Shown piece by piece: positions 1 through 10,161 of a DNA stretch of 64,000 nt. The position numbers and the translations under genes were made by a program. The stretch is from an uncultured delta proteobacterium (lineage in GTDB: Bacteria; Myxococcota; Myxococcia; Myxococcales; Anaeromyxobacteraceae), in assembly GCA_963828255.1 (NCBI GenBank), contig CAWHDZ010000008.1, positions 64,001-128,000 of the forward strand. The letters are read 5' to 3'. The notes under the pieces are model-generated. The model was given only the letters and a program-made list of their open reading frames with translations. It ran no database searches and was not told where the DNA came from. Numbering within the stretch: position 1 is the first letter of the stretch; each line of letters begins with the position of its first letter.

Positions 1-4
1 GGCG

Positions 5-1177
5 GTGGTCTTCCCGCTCTTCCTGCTCGTGCCGCTGGTCGCGCCGCCGCGCCCCTTCGAGCCGGCCGATCTCCTGGGGCGGCTCGTCGCCCTGGAGCGG
101 GAGTGGGACACCCCGGCCTGCGCCTTTCCCTCCTTCCACGCCGTGCTGGCCTTCCTGGCGGCCGACGCGCTCTCGGCGCGCTCCCGCCTCTTTCGCCCCT
201 GGGCCTGGGCGGTGGCCCTGTCGTGCCTGCTCGTCGGGGCCCATTCCCTCCTCGACGTCGCGGCGGGGCTCCTCGTCGTGGCCGCGATCCGGAACGGCCG
301 GGCCATCTGGGAGGTGCTCCGTCGTGGCGCGGAGCGCGTGGCCAACTCCTGGCGCGCCTGGCGCGTCGGCCCGGTGCGCCTCATCAACCACGGGCTCTGG
401 GTCGGGCTCGGCGCGGGCCTCGGGGTCGTCGTCCTCGGCGCGGTGCTCGGCCCGGGCAGCGCCACGCTCGCCGCCACCACCTGGTTCCTCGGGGTGGTCG
501 GCGCGGGGGCCTGGGCCCAGGCGGTCGAGGGGCGGGGGCTGTCGCGCCCCTTCGGATTCTACGGGGGGCTCCTCGGCGTGGTGGCGGGCGTGCTCCTCGC
601 CCCGGCCTTCGGCTTCGACCGCTGGACGGCCCTGGCCGCGGGGGCGATGGCCGCACCGGTGGTCCAGGGGCTCGGCCGGATGCGCTGCCTGGTGCAGGGC
701 TGCTGCCACGGCGCCCCGGCGCCGGAGGGGGTGGGCATCCGCCACCGGACGCCCCTGTCACGGGTGGTGAAAGCCGGCCTGGGGGGCGTGCCGGTGCACC
801 CGACCGCGCTCTACTCGATCCTCTGGAACTGCCTCACCGGGGCGATCCTGCTCCGGCTCGCGCTGCTCGGGGCGCCCGCCAACCTGGTCGCCGGCCTCTA
901 CCTCTTCCTCGGGGGCGCCGGGCGCTTCGTCGAGGAGTCGTTCCGGGGCGAGCCTCAGACCCCGGTCGTCCTCGGCCTGCGGCTCTACCAGTGGATGGCG
1001 GTCGGGTCGGCCGTGGCCGGCGCGGCGCTGACGGCGCTGGGCCCCGCGCCCGGAGTCGCCCTCCACCCGCCGGAGCCGGGGGGCCTCCTCGCGGCGGTCG
1101 TGGCCCTGGTCCTCACCGCCGTGGCCATGGGCGTGGACCTGCCGGGCTCGTCGCGGCGGCTGTCGCGGCTCGCGTAG
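5..1177 (+). CDS. 5'-truncated membrane protein: PAP2-like phosphatase region fused to a prolipoprotein diacylglyceryl transferase (Lgt)-like domain
   Basis: FPSFH motif and later GAHSLLDV (PAP2-type C2/C3 histidines), then Lgt-like motifs GRMRCLVQGCCHG, VHPTALY and RFVEESFRGEP; very hydrophobic; ORF runs off the left edge. Confidence 0.6.
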   Translation: MVFPLFLLVPLVAPPRPFEPADLLGRLVALEREWDTPACAFPSFHAVLAFLAADALSARSRLFRPWAWAVALSCLLVGAHSLLDVAAGLLVVAAIRNGRAIWEVLRRGAERVANSWRAWRVGPVRLINHGLWVGLGAGLGVVVLGAVLGPGSATLAATTWFLGVVGAGAWAQAVEGRGLSRPFGFYGGLLGVVAGVLLAPAFGFDRWTALAAGAMAAPVVQGLGRMRCLVQGCCHGAPAPEGVGIRHRTPLSRVVKAGLGGVPVHPTALYSILWNCLTGAILLRLALLGAPANLVAGLYLFLGGAGRFVEESFRGEPQTPVVLGLRLYQWMAVGSAVAGAALTALGPAPGVALHPPEPGGLLAAVVALVLTAVAMGVDLPGSSRRLSRLA

Positions 1178-1195
1178 CCGGACCGCCGCGGGGGC

Positions 1196-1606
1196 CTACC
1201 CTTCCGCCGCCTTCCGGGCCCGCTGGAGCAGGTCCGAGACCTCGACGCGAAGGCGTCTCGCGAACTCGCTCCGGTCGAAGGGGGAGTCGCGGAGCACGAA
1301 GAGATCGATCTTGGTCGCGGTGGGCCGGTAGATGACGTTCCAGGAACTCTTCTCGGCGGCCGCCCGCCGGGGCGCCACCTCGTCCACGTCGAAGTCCGCT
1401 CCCAGCCCCGCCGCGAGCGCCCCGACCTGACCCTCCTCGAGGTCCACCACCAGGTCGATGTCGTTCGTGGCGCGCGGCTCACCCTGGAACGAGCTGGCCA
1501 GCGAGCCCCCCAGGAAATGGCCGATCCCATGACGTTCCAGCACGCCTGTCACTCCCAGGCGTTCCCTGTACCGTGCCTGGACCTCGGGGGCGGTGTCGCG
1601 GAGCAT
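1196..1606 (-). pseudogene. Internally deleted nucleotidyltransferase (MNT-like) remnant
   Basis: GGSLASSFQGEPRATNDIDLVV is a pol-beta-type G(G/S)...DxD motif; only 136 aa; goes directly from RRLRVEV to a terminal SDLLQRARKAAEG with no helical region between. Confidence 0.5.
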
Positions 1607-1658
1607 CACCCGAGCATGGGCCGCGCCTGCGCGGGCGTCAGCCGGGCGGGTGCCCGCC

Positions 1659-2069
1659 TCACTTCCCCGCGGCGCGGGCGGCCCGGAACTCGAGCGTCGT
1701 CCCGGCGGGGAGCCGCTCGATGCGCTCCACCCGGAGCCTGGGCTCCTTCCAGTCCATGGAGAACCGGACCTCGACCTTGTCCCCCGCTGCCAGCTCCTTC
1801 GGCGCGCGTTCGGCCTGCACCTCGAAGGGCATGACCATCGCATCCATGCCCACGACCTTGCCGGTGGCGTCGACGAAGTCGTCGATGGCCTCGTGGCGGA
1901 CGAGCACCTGGATGCCGGAGGTGACGGGGGCGGGGGCCTGCACCACCTCCCCGCGCACGACGTAGACGCGCGCTCCGGCCGGCGCCGGGGGAGGCGGGGC
2001 GCTGCAGGCGGCGAGCAGGACGAGAAGGGTCGCGGGCCGGAGGGTGCGATGGACCGGCCGACCCTTCAC
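1659..2069 (-). CDS. CusF-like copper-binding lipoprotein
   Basis: Lipobox LAAC; YxxRGEV, VRHEAI and GMDAMVMPF supply the His + Met-x-Met ligands typical of CusF-like OB-fold proteins. Confidence 0.75.
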   Translation of the reverse strand: MKGRPVHRTLRPATLLVLLAACSAPPPPAPAGARVYVVRGEVVQAPAPVTSGIQVLVRHEAIDDFVDATGKVVGMDAMVMPFEVQAERAPKELAAGDKVEVRFSMDWKEPRLRVERIERLPAGTTLEFRAARAAGK

Positions 2070-2422
2070 TTGCCGTCCTCCCCGTCGTGCTCGGCATGGA
2101 AGGCGTGGAGGACGTGGGTCATGAAGGGTGCGAGGAGGACCGCCGTGCTCGCGATGAGGACCAGTCCGGAGTAGAGCGCGTACACGCCGGCGAAGATCTT
2201 GGCCGGGTGCGAGGGCAGTTGCTCGGTCGGCCCCATCCCGCCCAGGATCATCGAGGCGCCGTAGAAGGAGTCGACCCAGCCGAACCCGGCGAATTGGTGG
2301 TAGCCGAGGATCCCGACGACCAGCGAGATCCCGACCAGCGCCCCGGCGATGAGCCCGGCGCGCAGCAGGCCGTGCCGGAAGACCTGCCGGCGGTGGACCG
2401 GCCCGTGCTTCTTGCTCGCCAT
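2066..2422 (-). CDS. Small 2-TM ion-channel-pore-like membrane protein
   Basis: TM-pore helix-TM layout (GILGYHQFAGFGWVDSFYGASMILGGMGP...AKIFAGVYALYSG); filter is GGMGP rather than TVGYG. Confidence 0.6.
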   Translation of the reverse strand: MASKKHGPVHRRQVFRHGLLRAGLIAGALVGISLVVGILGYHQFAGFGWVDSFYGASMILGGMGPTEQLPSHPAKIFAGVYALYSGLVLIASTAVLLAPFMTHVLHAFHAEHDGEDGK

Positions 2423-2444
2423 GGCGCCCCGGCTCCCCTCCCGA

Positions 2445-3239
2445 TCAGATGTCGAACTCGAGCTGCTTCTTCACGGTCTGCCGGGCCTGATCGTCGTGCT
2501 CGTACCTGTGGTGCAGGTGCACCGGCTTCTCCGCCTTGCGGCGCAGCCGGAGGTTCAGCATCTCCACCGCCAGCGAGAAGGCCATGGCGAAGTAGACGTA
2601 ACCGCGCGGGATGTGCTGGTCGAGCGACTCGGCCACCAGCATGACCCCGATGAGAATGAGGAAGGAGAGGGCCAGCATCTTCACGGTGGGGTGGCCCTCG
2701 ACGAACCTCCCGATGGGGCCGGCGAAGACCAGCATCACGCCCACGGCGAGCACCATGGCCAACACCATCACCTGGATGTGCTTGGCCATGCCCACCGCGG
2801 TGATCACCGAATCGAGCGAGAAGACGATGTCGAGGAGGGCGATCTGCAGGATGGTCCAGCCGAAGGAGGCCTTGCCGCCCTTCCCCGCCTGCACCTCGTG
2901 GCCGGCCTCGAGCTTGTCGTGGATCTCGAAGGTGGCCTTGCCGATGAGGAAGAGGCCGCCGATCCCCAGGATGAGGTCGCGGCCGGAGAACCCCTGCCCG
3001 AGCAGCTTGAAGAGGTCGGCGGTGAGCCCCATGAGCCAGGTGATGGCCAAGAGCAGGGCGAGCCGGGTGCCGAGCGCCGCCCCCAGGCCGATGCGGCGTG
3101 CCAGCGGCTGCTGCGCCGCGGGCAGCTTCCCGGCCAGGATGGTCAGGAAGACGATGTTGTCCACGCCGAGGACGATCTCCATCGCCGCCAGGGTGGCGAG
3201 CGAGATCCAGGTCTCCGGATGGGTCCAGATGGCGAACAT
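2445..3239 (-). CDS. TerC family membrane protein
   Basis: EIVLGVDN and DIVFSLDSVITAVG signatures; multiple TM segments. Confidence 0.9.
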   Translation of the reverse strand: MFAIWTHPETWISLATLAAMEIVLGVDNIVFLTILAGKLPAAQQPLARRIGLGAALGTRLALLLAITWLMGLTADLFKLLGQGFSGRDLILGIGGLFLIGKATFEIHDKLEAGHEVQAGKGGKASFGWTILQIALLDIVFSLDSVITAVGMAKHIQVMVLAMVLAVGVMLVFAGPIGRFVEGHPTVKMLALSFLILIGVMLVAESLDQHIPRGYVYFAMAFSLAVEMLNLRLRRKAEKPVHLHHRYEHDDQARQTVKKQLEFDI

Positions 3240-3248
3240 CCGGAGTTC

Positions 3249-4250
3249 TTACCCCAGATGGAACCGCAGGACATCCCCGTCGTCCGCGCGCACCACCTCG
3301 CCGCTCGCCTCCAGGACCTCGATGTTCGCGAGCGTCTCCGAGACGGTGAGGAACATGGCCGCGGCCGGCGCCCGGGGGAAGAGGCGCCCGGTCACCTCCC
3401 AGCCGGTGAGCGGTCCCTCCCGCAGCTCGTCGCGGATCTTCTGCTGCCGCTTGCCGTAGAAGGCCAGCAGCCGGTCGATCACCGCGCGGTGGTCGCCGAA
3501 CGGCGTGGCGTGGCCGGGCAGGACGGTGTCCACGTCGAGCGCGTGCAGCCGCCCCACGGACTCGAGGTAGGCGACCAGCGGCCGCCAGTCCTCCTGCCCG
3601 TCGGGCCCGAGCTCGATGAGCGGGTTCGGTGAGACGTGCTCGAGGAGGTGGTCGTCGGAGAGGAAGAGCCGGTGCTCCCGCTCGTACAGGCAGAGGAGCC
3701 CGGGGGTGTGCCCGGGCATGTGCATCGGCTCGAAGGTGACGTGCTTCATCCGCAGCGGCTCGGCGAGGTCGAGCGGCTCGACACGGGGGACGCGGCGGGC
3801 CCTGGTGAATCCGTCCCTCACCTGGCGCCAGGCGTCCTCCATCACCTCGAGTGGAACCCCCAGCCGCACGAAGAAGGCCCCGTAGAGGCCGACCTGGTCC
3901 AACCAGCGCGGGAACCCCTCGGCCATCTTGGGGATGTCGCGCGGGTGGGCGTGCACCGGGACGGGATGGCCGGCCTGCTCGAGCAGGGCAGCCGCGCCGC
4001 CGTAGTGGTCGATGTGGCCGTGGGAGACGATGATGCGCGTGACGTCGCGGGGAGACCGGCCGATGCGCGCCAGCCCCTCCATCATGGCGGCGGAGGCCTG
4101 CGGCGAGCCCAGCCCGGAGTCGAAGAGCAGGAGCCCGCCGTCCCGGTCCTCGATGGCGTAGCCGTTCACCGGCCCACCCGCCTCCAGGAAAGGGATGGGC
4201 ATGGAGATCCGGTGGATCCCCAGCGCGGCGAGGTCCGCCTCCGCGATCAC
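3249..4250 (-). CDS. MBL-fold metallo-hydrolase with C-terminal winged-helix-like tail
   Basis: HGHIDH, PGHTPG and PGH motifs; GTG start overlaps the etfA stop (GTGA). Confidence 0.85.
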   Translation of the reverse strand: MIAEADLAALGIHRISMPIPFLEAGGPVNGYAIEDRDGGLLLFDSGLGSPQASAAMMEGLARIGRSPRDVTRIIVSHGHIDHYGGAAALLEQAGHPVPVHAHPRDIPKMAEGFPRWLDQVGLYGAFFVRLGVPLEVMEDAWRQVRDGFTRARRVPRVEPLDLAEPLRMKHVTFEPMHMPGHTPGLLCLYEREHRLFLSDDHLLEHVSPNPLIELGPDGQEDWRPLVAYLESVGRLHALDVDTVLPGHATPFGDHRAVIDRLLAFYGKRQQKIRDELREGPLTGWEVTGRLFPRAPAAAMFLTVSETLANIEVLEASGEVVRADDGDVLRFHLG

Positions 4251-5212
4251 GATCCCTTGCCGGCCTTGATCTTCTCGCGCAACTCGGGAACGGCCTTGAA
4301 GAGGTCGGCGACGAGCCCGTAGTCGGCCAGCTGGAAGATGGGGGCCTCGGGGTCCTTGTTGATGGCCACGATGACCTTGGAGCCCTTCATGCCGGCCAGG
4401 TGCTGGATGGCGCCGGAGATGCCGGCGGCGATGTAGAGCTCGGGCGCGACCACCTTGCCGGTCTGCCCGACCTGCAGGTCGTTGGCGACCCAGCCGGCGT
4501 CCACCGCGGCGCGGGTGGCGCCCACCGCGGCGCCCAGGTCGTCGGCCAGCGCCTCCAGCTCCTTGAAGTCGCCCTTGGTGCCGCGGCCGCCGGAGACGAC
4601 GGCGCGGGCCTCGGTGAGCTCGGGGCGCGCGCTCTTCACCTCCTTGAACTCGACGAAGCGGACGGGCAGCCCGGCCAGGTCCACCGCCGCGGCGACAGCC
4701 TTCACCTCGCCCCCGGCGGCCTTCGCGGCGGCCGGGAACTCGGTGGGACGGATGGTGAACGCCTTGACCGGCGTGGCCAGGTCCACCTCGGCGAGCACGT
4801 TGCCGGCCCACATGGGCCGGTGGAAGGTGACGGCCGGCCCGGCCCCGCCGAAGCCCAGGACCTCGGTGGCGGTGGCGGCGCCCATGCGGGCGGCCACGCG
4901 GGGAACCAGGTCCTTGCCGAAGGCGGTGGCGGCCGCGCCCACGAAGGTGGCGCCCACCCCCTTGGCGATCTCGGCGACCACCGGCGCGAAGGCCTCGGCC
5001 AGGTAGTGCTCGAGGCCGTCCGCGTCGGCGGCGTGCACGGTGACGCCGTGGGCGGCGATCTCGGCGGCGACGGCGCCCACGCCCTTGCCGAGCAGGGCGA
5101 CGTGGACCTTGCCGCCGGTGCGGCCGGCGATGGCCTGGCCGGCGGCGACGGCGTGGAGGGTGGCCTTCCTGAGGTGACCGCCCGACTGCTCCGCGACGAT
5201 GAGGACGTTCAT
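4247..5212 (-). CDS. etfA: Electron transfer flavoprotein subunit alpha
   Basis: [32 protein letters not shown]-binding signature. Confidence 0.97.
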   Translation of the reverse strand: MNVLIVAEQSGGHLRKATLHAVAAGQAIAGRTGGKVHVALLGKGVGAVAAEIAAHGVTVHAADADGLEHYLAEAFAPVVAEIAKGVGATFVGAAATAFGKDLVPRVAARMGAATATEVLGFGGAGPAVTFHRPMWAGNVLAEVDLATPVKAFTIRPTEFPAAAKAAGGEVKAVAAAVDLAGLPVRFVEFKEVKSARPELTEARAVVSGGRGTKGDFKELEALADDLGAAVGATRAAVDAGWVANDLQVGQTGKVVAPELYIAAGISGAIQHLAGMKGSKVIVAINKDPEAPIFQLADYGLVADLFKAVPELREKIKAGKGS

Positions 5213-5221
5213 GGCGTTCTC

Positions 5222-6025
5222 CTAGAGGACCTTGGCCTCGCCCTTCAGCTTGGCGTAGAGCTCGGGGACGTCGGCGACCTTGAAACCGCCCTGCCGCTTG
5301 GGGGGCTCGGAGAGCTTCTTCACGACCACCTTCGGCGCGAGGTCGATTCCCAGCGAGGCGCCGGCGATCTCCTCCACCGGCTTCTTCTTCGCCTTCATGA
5401 TCCCGGGGAGCGAGGCGAAGCGGGGCTTGTTGAGGCGCAGGTCGCAGGTGACGACGGCCGGCAGGTTCACGTCGAGCAGGATCAGGCCGCCGTCCACCTC
5501 GCGCACCACGCGCACCGACTTGCCGTCGGCGGCGAGCACGATGCCCGGCAGCTTCTTCTGCTCGGCCTCGCTCTCCAGGCTCTCGACCTTGGAGGCGAAG
5601 GTGCCCTGCCCGAGACCGCGCCGCTCGGCCAGGTACTGGCCGACCTGGTTCTGGTCGTCATCGATCGACTGCTTGCCGAGGAGGACGACGTCCGGCTTCT
5701 CCTTCTCGAGCACCTTGTCGAGGATGGCCGAGACCACCACCGGGTCGAGCGGCCCCTCGTGCTTCACGAGGATGCCGCGGTCGGCGCCCATGGCCAGCGC
5801 GGCGCGGATCTCGGTCATCGACCTGTCGCCGCCGATGCTCGCGACGATCACCTCGCCGCCGTGCTTCTCCTTGAGCCGGAGCCCCTCCTCGACCGCGATC
5901 TCGTCGAAGGGGTTCATCTTGTAGTTCACGCCTTCGGTGACGATGCCCGTTCCGTCGGGCTTCACCTTGATCTTCGACTCGGGGTCCTCGACGCGCTTCG
6001 CCGTGACCAGGATCTTGAGGGGCAT
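5222..6025 (-). CDS. etfB: Electron transfer flavoprotein subunit beta
   Basis: MNPFDEIAVEE, ALAMGAD, GKQSIDDD, LRLNKPRFASLPGIMKAKKK; GGAGG SD upstream. Confidence 0.97.
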   Translation of the reverse strand: MPLKILVTAKRVEDPESKIKVKPDGTGIVTEGVNYKMNPFDEIAVEEGLRLKEKHGGEVIVASIGGDRSMTEIRAALAMGADRGILVKHEGPLDPVVVSAILDKVLEKEKPDVVLLGKQSIDDDQNQVGQYLAERRGLGQGTFASKVESLESEAEQKKLPGIVLAADGKSVRVVREVDGGLILLDVNLPAVVTCDLRLNKPRFASLPGIMKAKKKPVEEIAGASLGIDLAPKVVVKKLSEPPKRQGGFKVADVPELYAKLKGEAKVL

Positions 6026-6034
6026 GGGGCCTCC

Positions 6035-6094
6035 TTGACTCTAGAATCAACCAGGTACGCCCGATCTAGCCCGGTCCGCTCGAATGTTGCAACA
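6035..6094. promoter_or_regulatory. Two palindromes upstream of etfB (candidate operators)
   Basis: Near-perfect 16-bp palindrome TTGACTCTAGAATCAA (6035-6050) abutting the SD; perfect 10-bp palindrome TGTTGCAACA (6085-6094); AT-rich relative to the flanks. Confidence 0.35.
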
Positions 6095-6111
6095 ACCTTC
6101 GACACGGAGCG

Positions 6112-8697
6112 TCACCGGGGCTCGACGTAGCCCACCGCCTCCTGCCGGACGCAGTCGCAGTTGAGCCAGAGCAACCCACCGTCCTCGCTGGTGAAATCGA
6201 CGACGCGGACGACCCCCTCCATGCGGGCGTCGTCGGGCAGCAGCGCGGAGAGCAGGTTCGGCGCGCCGCGCAGGCGGGGCTCGTCGAGGAGGTGTCCGGG
6301 GTGGGCCGGGTAGAGGGCGACGTAGAGCATCGACTCCTCCACCAGGTCGTTGAAGAAGTGGGAGCCGAGCGAGACGTCCGGCACCACGTCGCCGATGCGC
6401 ATGATCTCGCAGAGCACGGAGACGCGCTGGATCTCGGCGAAGGCGACCGGGACCCCCAGCGCGACCGTGGTGGTCCCCCAGCGCCCCGGACCGAGCAGCA
6501 TGACCTTGCGGTCCACGTCGGGGTCGAGCCGCATGAGACGCCCGATGACCCGCGCCACCTCGTGCCGGTCGCCGGTTCCCAGGTTCACGTAGGCGTCCGG
6601 GTCCACGTAGACCACGCGGTCGATGGGGGTGTGGGCGCTCGGCCCCACGATGGGGCCGCGGGAGCGCAGGAGCACCCTGTCCTCGGGGAGCGCGGTCGGC
6701 GCCGGGACGATGGCGCCCCCCTCGCGGACTTGCAGGGGCCGGCACTGCACCAGGTTGAGCCGCAGCTCCCCGTCGGCGAGAAAGTTGCCGGTGAACTCCA
6801 CGTCCACCGGGTAGCGGTAGGCGTCGCGCAGCATCCCGAGGAGGCCACGCATCCGCTCGACCAGCGGCGATCCCCAGAGGAGCTCGTCGAAGGTGAGCAC
6901 CCAGCCGCCGTCGGGGCGTCTCGTCCCGAAGAGCTTGAGCGGGAGCCCGGGGGCCGACCTGGCCGCCTCGGCGAAGGGCACGGACGTGATGGTGCGGGCC
7001 CGCAGGTCGAGCACGTCCACCCGGTGCTGGGCGTACTCGGTCTTCTCGTCGAGCGTGGACTCGGGGCGGAGCGACGGCGCGTTCAGCGCCACCAGCCGGG
7101 TGTAGTCGTCGTCGGAGCGATCCACCGCGCGTGTGCCCAGGCCGAAGACGAGCCGCATCACGCCGGCCTGCGGATCGATGCCGGCGTTCCAGACGTACGG
7201 GTTGTAGGAGAGCGCCACCCCGGCCACCTGCGGGAAGTAGAGGTCGCCGTGGACCGCGCCGGAGACCCGCTGCACCAGCACCGCCATCTGCTCGTCCCGG
7301 TCGAGGAGCCCGCGCCGCTCCCGGTAGCGCAGCGCCTCCTCGCTCATGCTGCTCGCGTAGACCTGCCGGAGCGCGGCGAGGAAGTCGCGGAGCCGCTCCT
7401 CCGGCGAGCCCTGGTTCGGGCAGAAGACGCTCTCGTACTTGCCGGTGAAGGCGTTGCCGAAGCCGTCCTCGAGCAGGCTCGACGAGCGCACGATGATGGG
7501 CGACTGGCCGTAGTACTCGAGCATGGCCACGAAGCGGCGCAGCGCGAAGTCGGGGAACTTCCCCTCCTCGACCCGGCGGCGGGCCTCGGCGGCCCCGTCG
7601 AGGAAGGAGGCGCGGCGGCGCTGCTCGCGGCGGGCCGGCCAGCAGCCGTTGCGCACCAGGTAGGTGTAGAAGACGTCGGAGCCGACGAACCAGGAGTCAT
7701 GGGGCTCGAGCATCCGGCCCCAGGCAGGGTCGCCGTTGGCGATGATGGCGCGGGCCACCAGCATGCCCGCCGCCTTCCCCCCCACGAGCCCGGTGCCCAC
7801 CATCCGGCGGCGGATGGCGAGCAGGTCGTCGAGGGTGAGGTGGCGCCCGGCCATCTCGGCGAAGCGGTCGTCGCGGGTCAGCATCATGCGCAGCAGGGAC
7901 TCGAAGGCGGCCCGCTCCTCCTCCGGGCGGCGCCGCCCCTCGCGGACGCCGTCGCGGATCTCGCGCGCGGCGTCCACGCGCCGGTCCCACACGTCGGCCC
8001 GCTCCACCGCGTCGAGCCGCCGGTCGGCCACGTCCACCAGGGCCTCGGAGAGCTCCGCACTCTCGGTGAGGGGGCGCAGCCGTTCCCCCTCGCGAACGTG
8101 GGGCAGGTACATGGTGGGGGAGTGGCGGCCGTCCACCTTGAGCGGGTGGAAGTAGACGTCGCGGCGGCGGCGGAAGACGTCCACCAGGATCTGGGTGGTG
8201 CTGCGCACCGCGTCCACGGCCTCGGCGGCGTGGTGGCCGGCCTGCAGGGCGAAGTAGGTCACCGTGTCGAGCTCGTAGAGGTACGGGCAGGTGACCATGA
8301 AGAAGTTGCCCAGCATGAGGTCGCTGTACCAGTCGGCCGCGAGGTCGCTGAGGCAGTCGAAGACGTGGAAGGCTCCCGGTCCGGCCTCCTCGATGACCCG
8401 GTGGATCCCGTCGGTGAAGCCCTCGAAGCCGAGCGCCGGAGAGATCTCTTGGATCTCCGCGCCCGACGAGGCGTCGAGGAGGGGCTCGTGCCGGGCAAAG
8501 CGGAAGTAGACGACGCGGCGCCCCTCGGCGCGGGCCAGGGCCACGAAGGGCCTGACCAGCGGCGCGTAGTCATCCAGGTCCTCGACCTGCCAGACCACGT
8601 TGTCGCCCGGACGCAGTCCCTGGAGGATCGCGTCGAAGGCGGGGAGGCCGGTCCCGGGTGGCTTGACCGGGATCACTGCTGGGTCGTGATCGGACAC
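6112..8697 (-). CDS. PEP/pyruvate-binding (PPDK_N ATP-grasp) domain protein with N-terminal KaiC/RecA-like domain; dikinase-like
   Basis: GGKAAG, IIVRSSSLLEDGFGNAFTGKYES, MAVLVQ, FGLGTRAV, DVEFT, QCRP; N-terminal TGLPAFDAILQGLRPGD; GTG start with AAGGTGA SD. Confidence 0.8.
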   Translation of the reverse strand: MSDHDPAVIPVKPPGTGLPAFDAILQGLRPGDNVVWQVEDLDDYAPLVRPFVALARAEGRRVVYFRFARHEPLLDASSGAEIQEISPALGFEGFTDGIHRVIEEAGPGAFHVFDCLSDLAADWYSDLMLGNFFMVTCPYLYELDTVTYFALQAGHHAAEAVDAVRSTTQILVDVFRRRRDVYFHPLKVDGRHSPTMYLPHVREGERLRPLTESAELSEALVDVADRRLDAVERADVWDRRVDAAREIRDGVREGRRRPEEERAAFESLLRMMLTRDDRFAEMAGRHLTLDDLLAIRRRMVGTGLVGGKAAGMLVARAIIANGDPAWGRMLEPHDSWFVGSDVFYTYLVRNGCWPARREQRRRASFLDGAAEARRRVEEGKFPDFALRRFVAMLEYYGQSPIIVRSSSLLEDGFGNAFTGKYESVFCPNQGSPEERLRDFLAALRQVYASSMSEEALRYRERRGLLDRDEQMAVLVQRVSGAVHGDLYFPQVAGVALSYNPYVWNAGIDPQAGVMRLVFGLGTRAVDRSDDDYTRLVALNAPSLRPESTLDEKTEYAQHRVDVLDLRARTITSVPFAEAARSAPGLPLKLFGTRRPDGGWVLTFDELLWGSPLVERMRGLLGMLRDAYRYPVDVEFTGNFLADGELRLNLVQCRPLQVREGGAIVPAPTALPEDRVLLRSRGPIVGPSAHTPIDRVVYVDPDAYVNLGTGDRHEVARVIGRLMRLDPDVDRKVMLLGPGRWGTTTVALGVPVAFAEIQRVSVLCEIMRIGDVVPDVSLGSHFFNDLVEESMLYVALYPAHPGHLLDEPRLRGAPNLLSALLPDDARMEGVVRVVDFTSEDGGLLWLNCDCVRQEAVGYVEPR

Positions 8698-8722
8698 GCG
8701 ATCACCTTCGCCCATTGCGGGG

Positions 8723-10148
<1,426 letters not shown>

Positions 10149-10161
10149 CAGGGCCTCCCGC

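Noticed and set aside
6035..6050. FNR box upstream of etfB
   Set aside because: The site is 16 bp (TTGA-N8-TCAA), not the 14-bp TTGAT-N4-ATCAA consensus; kept only as a generic palindrome
6112..8697. Annotation as PEP synthase (ppsA) or circadian KaiC
   Set aside because: No GGxTxHAA swivel motif or pyruvate-binding barrel; no Walker A in the KaiC-like part
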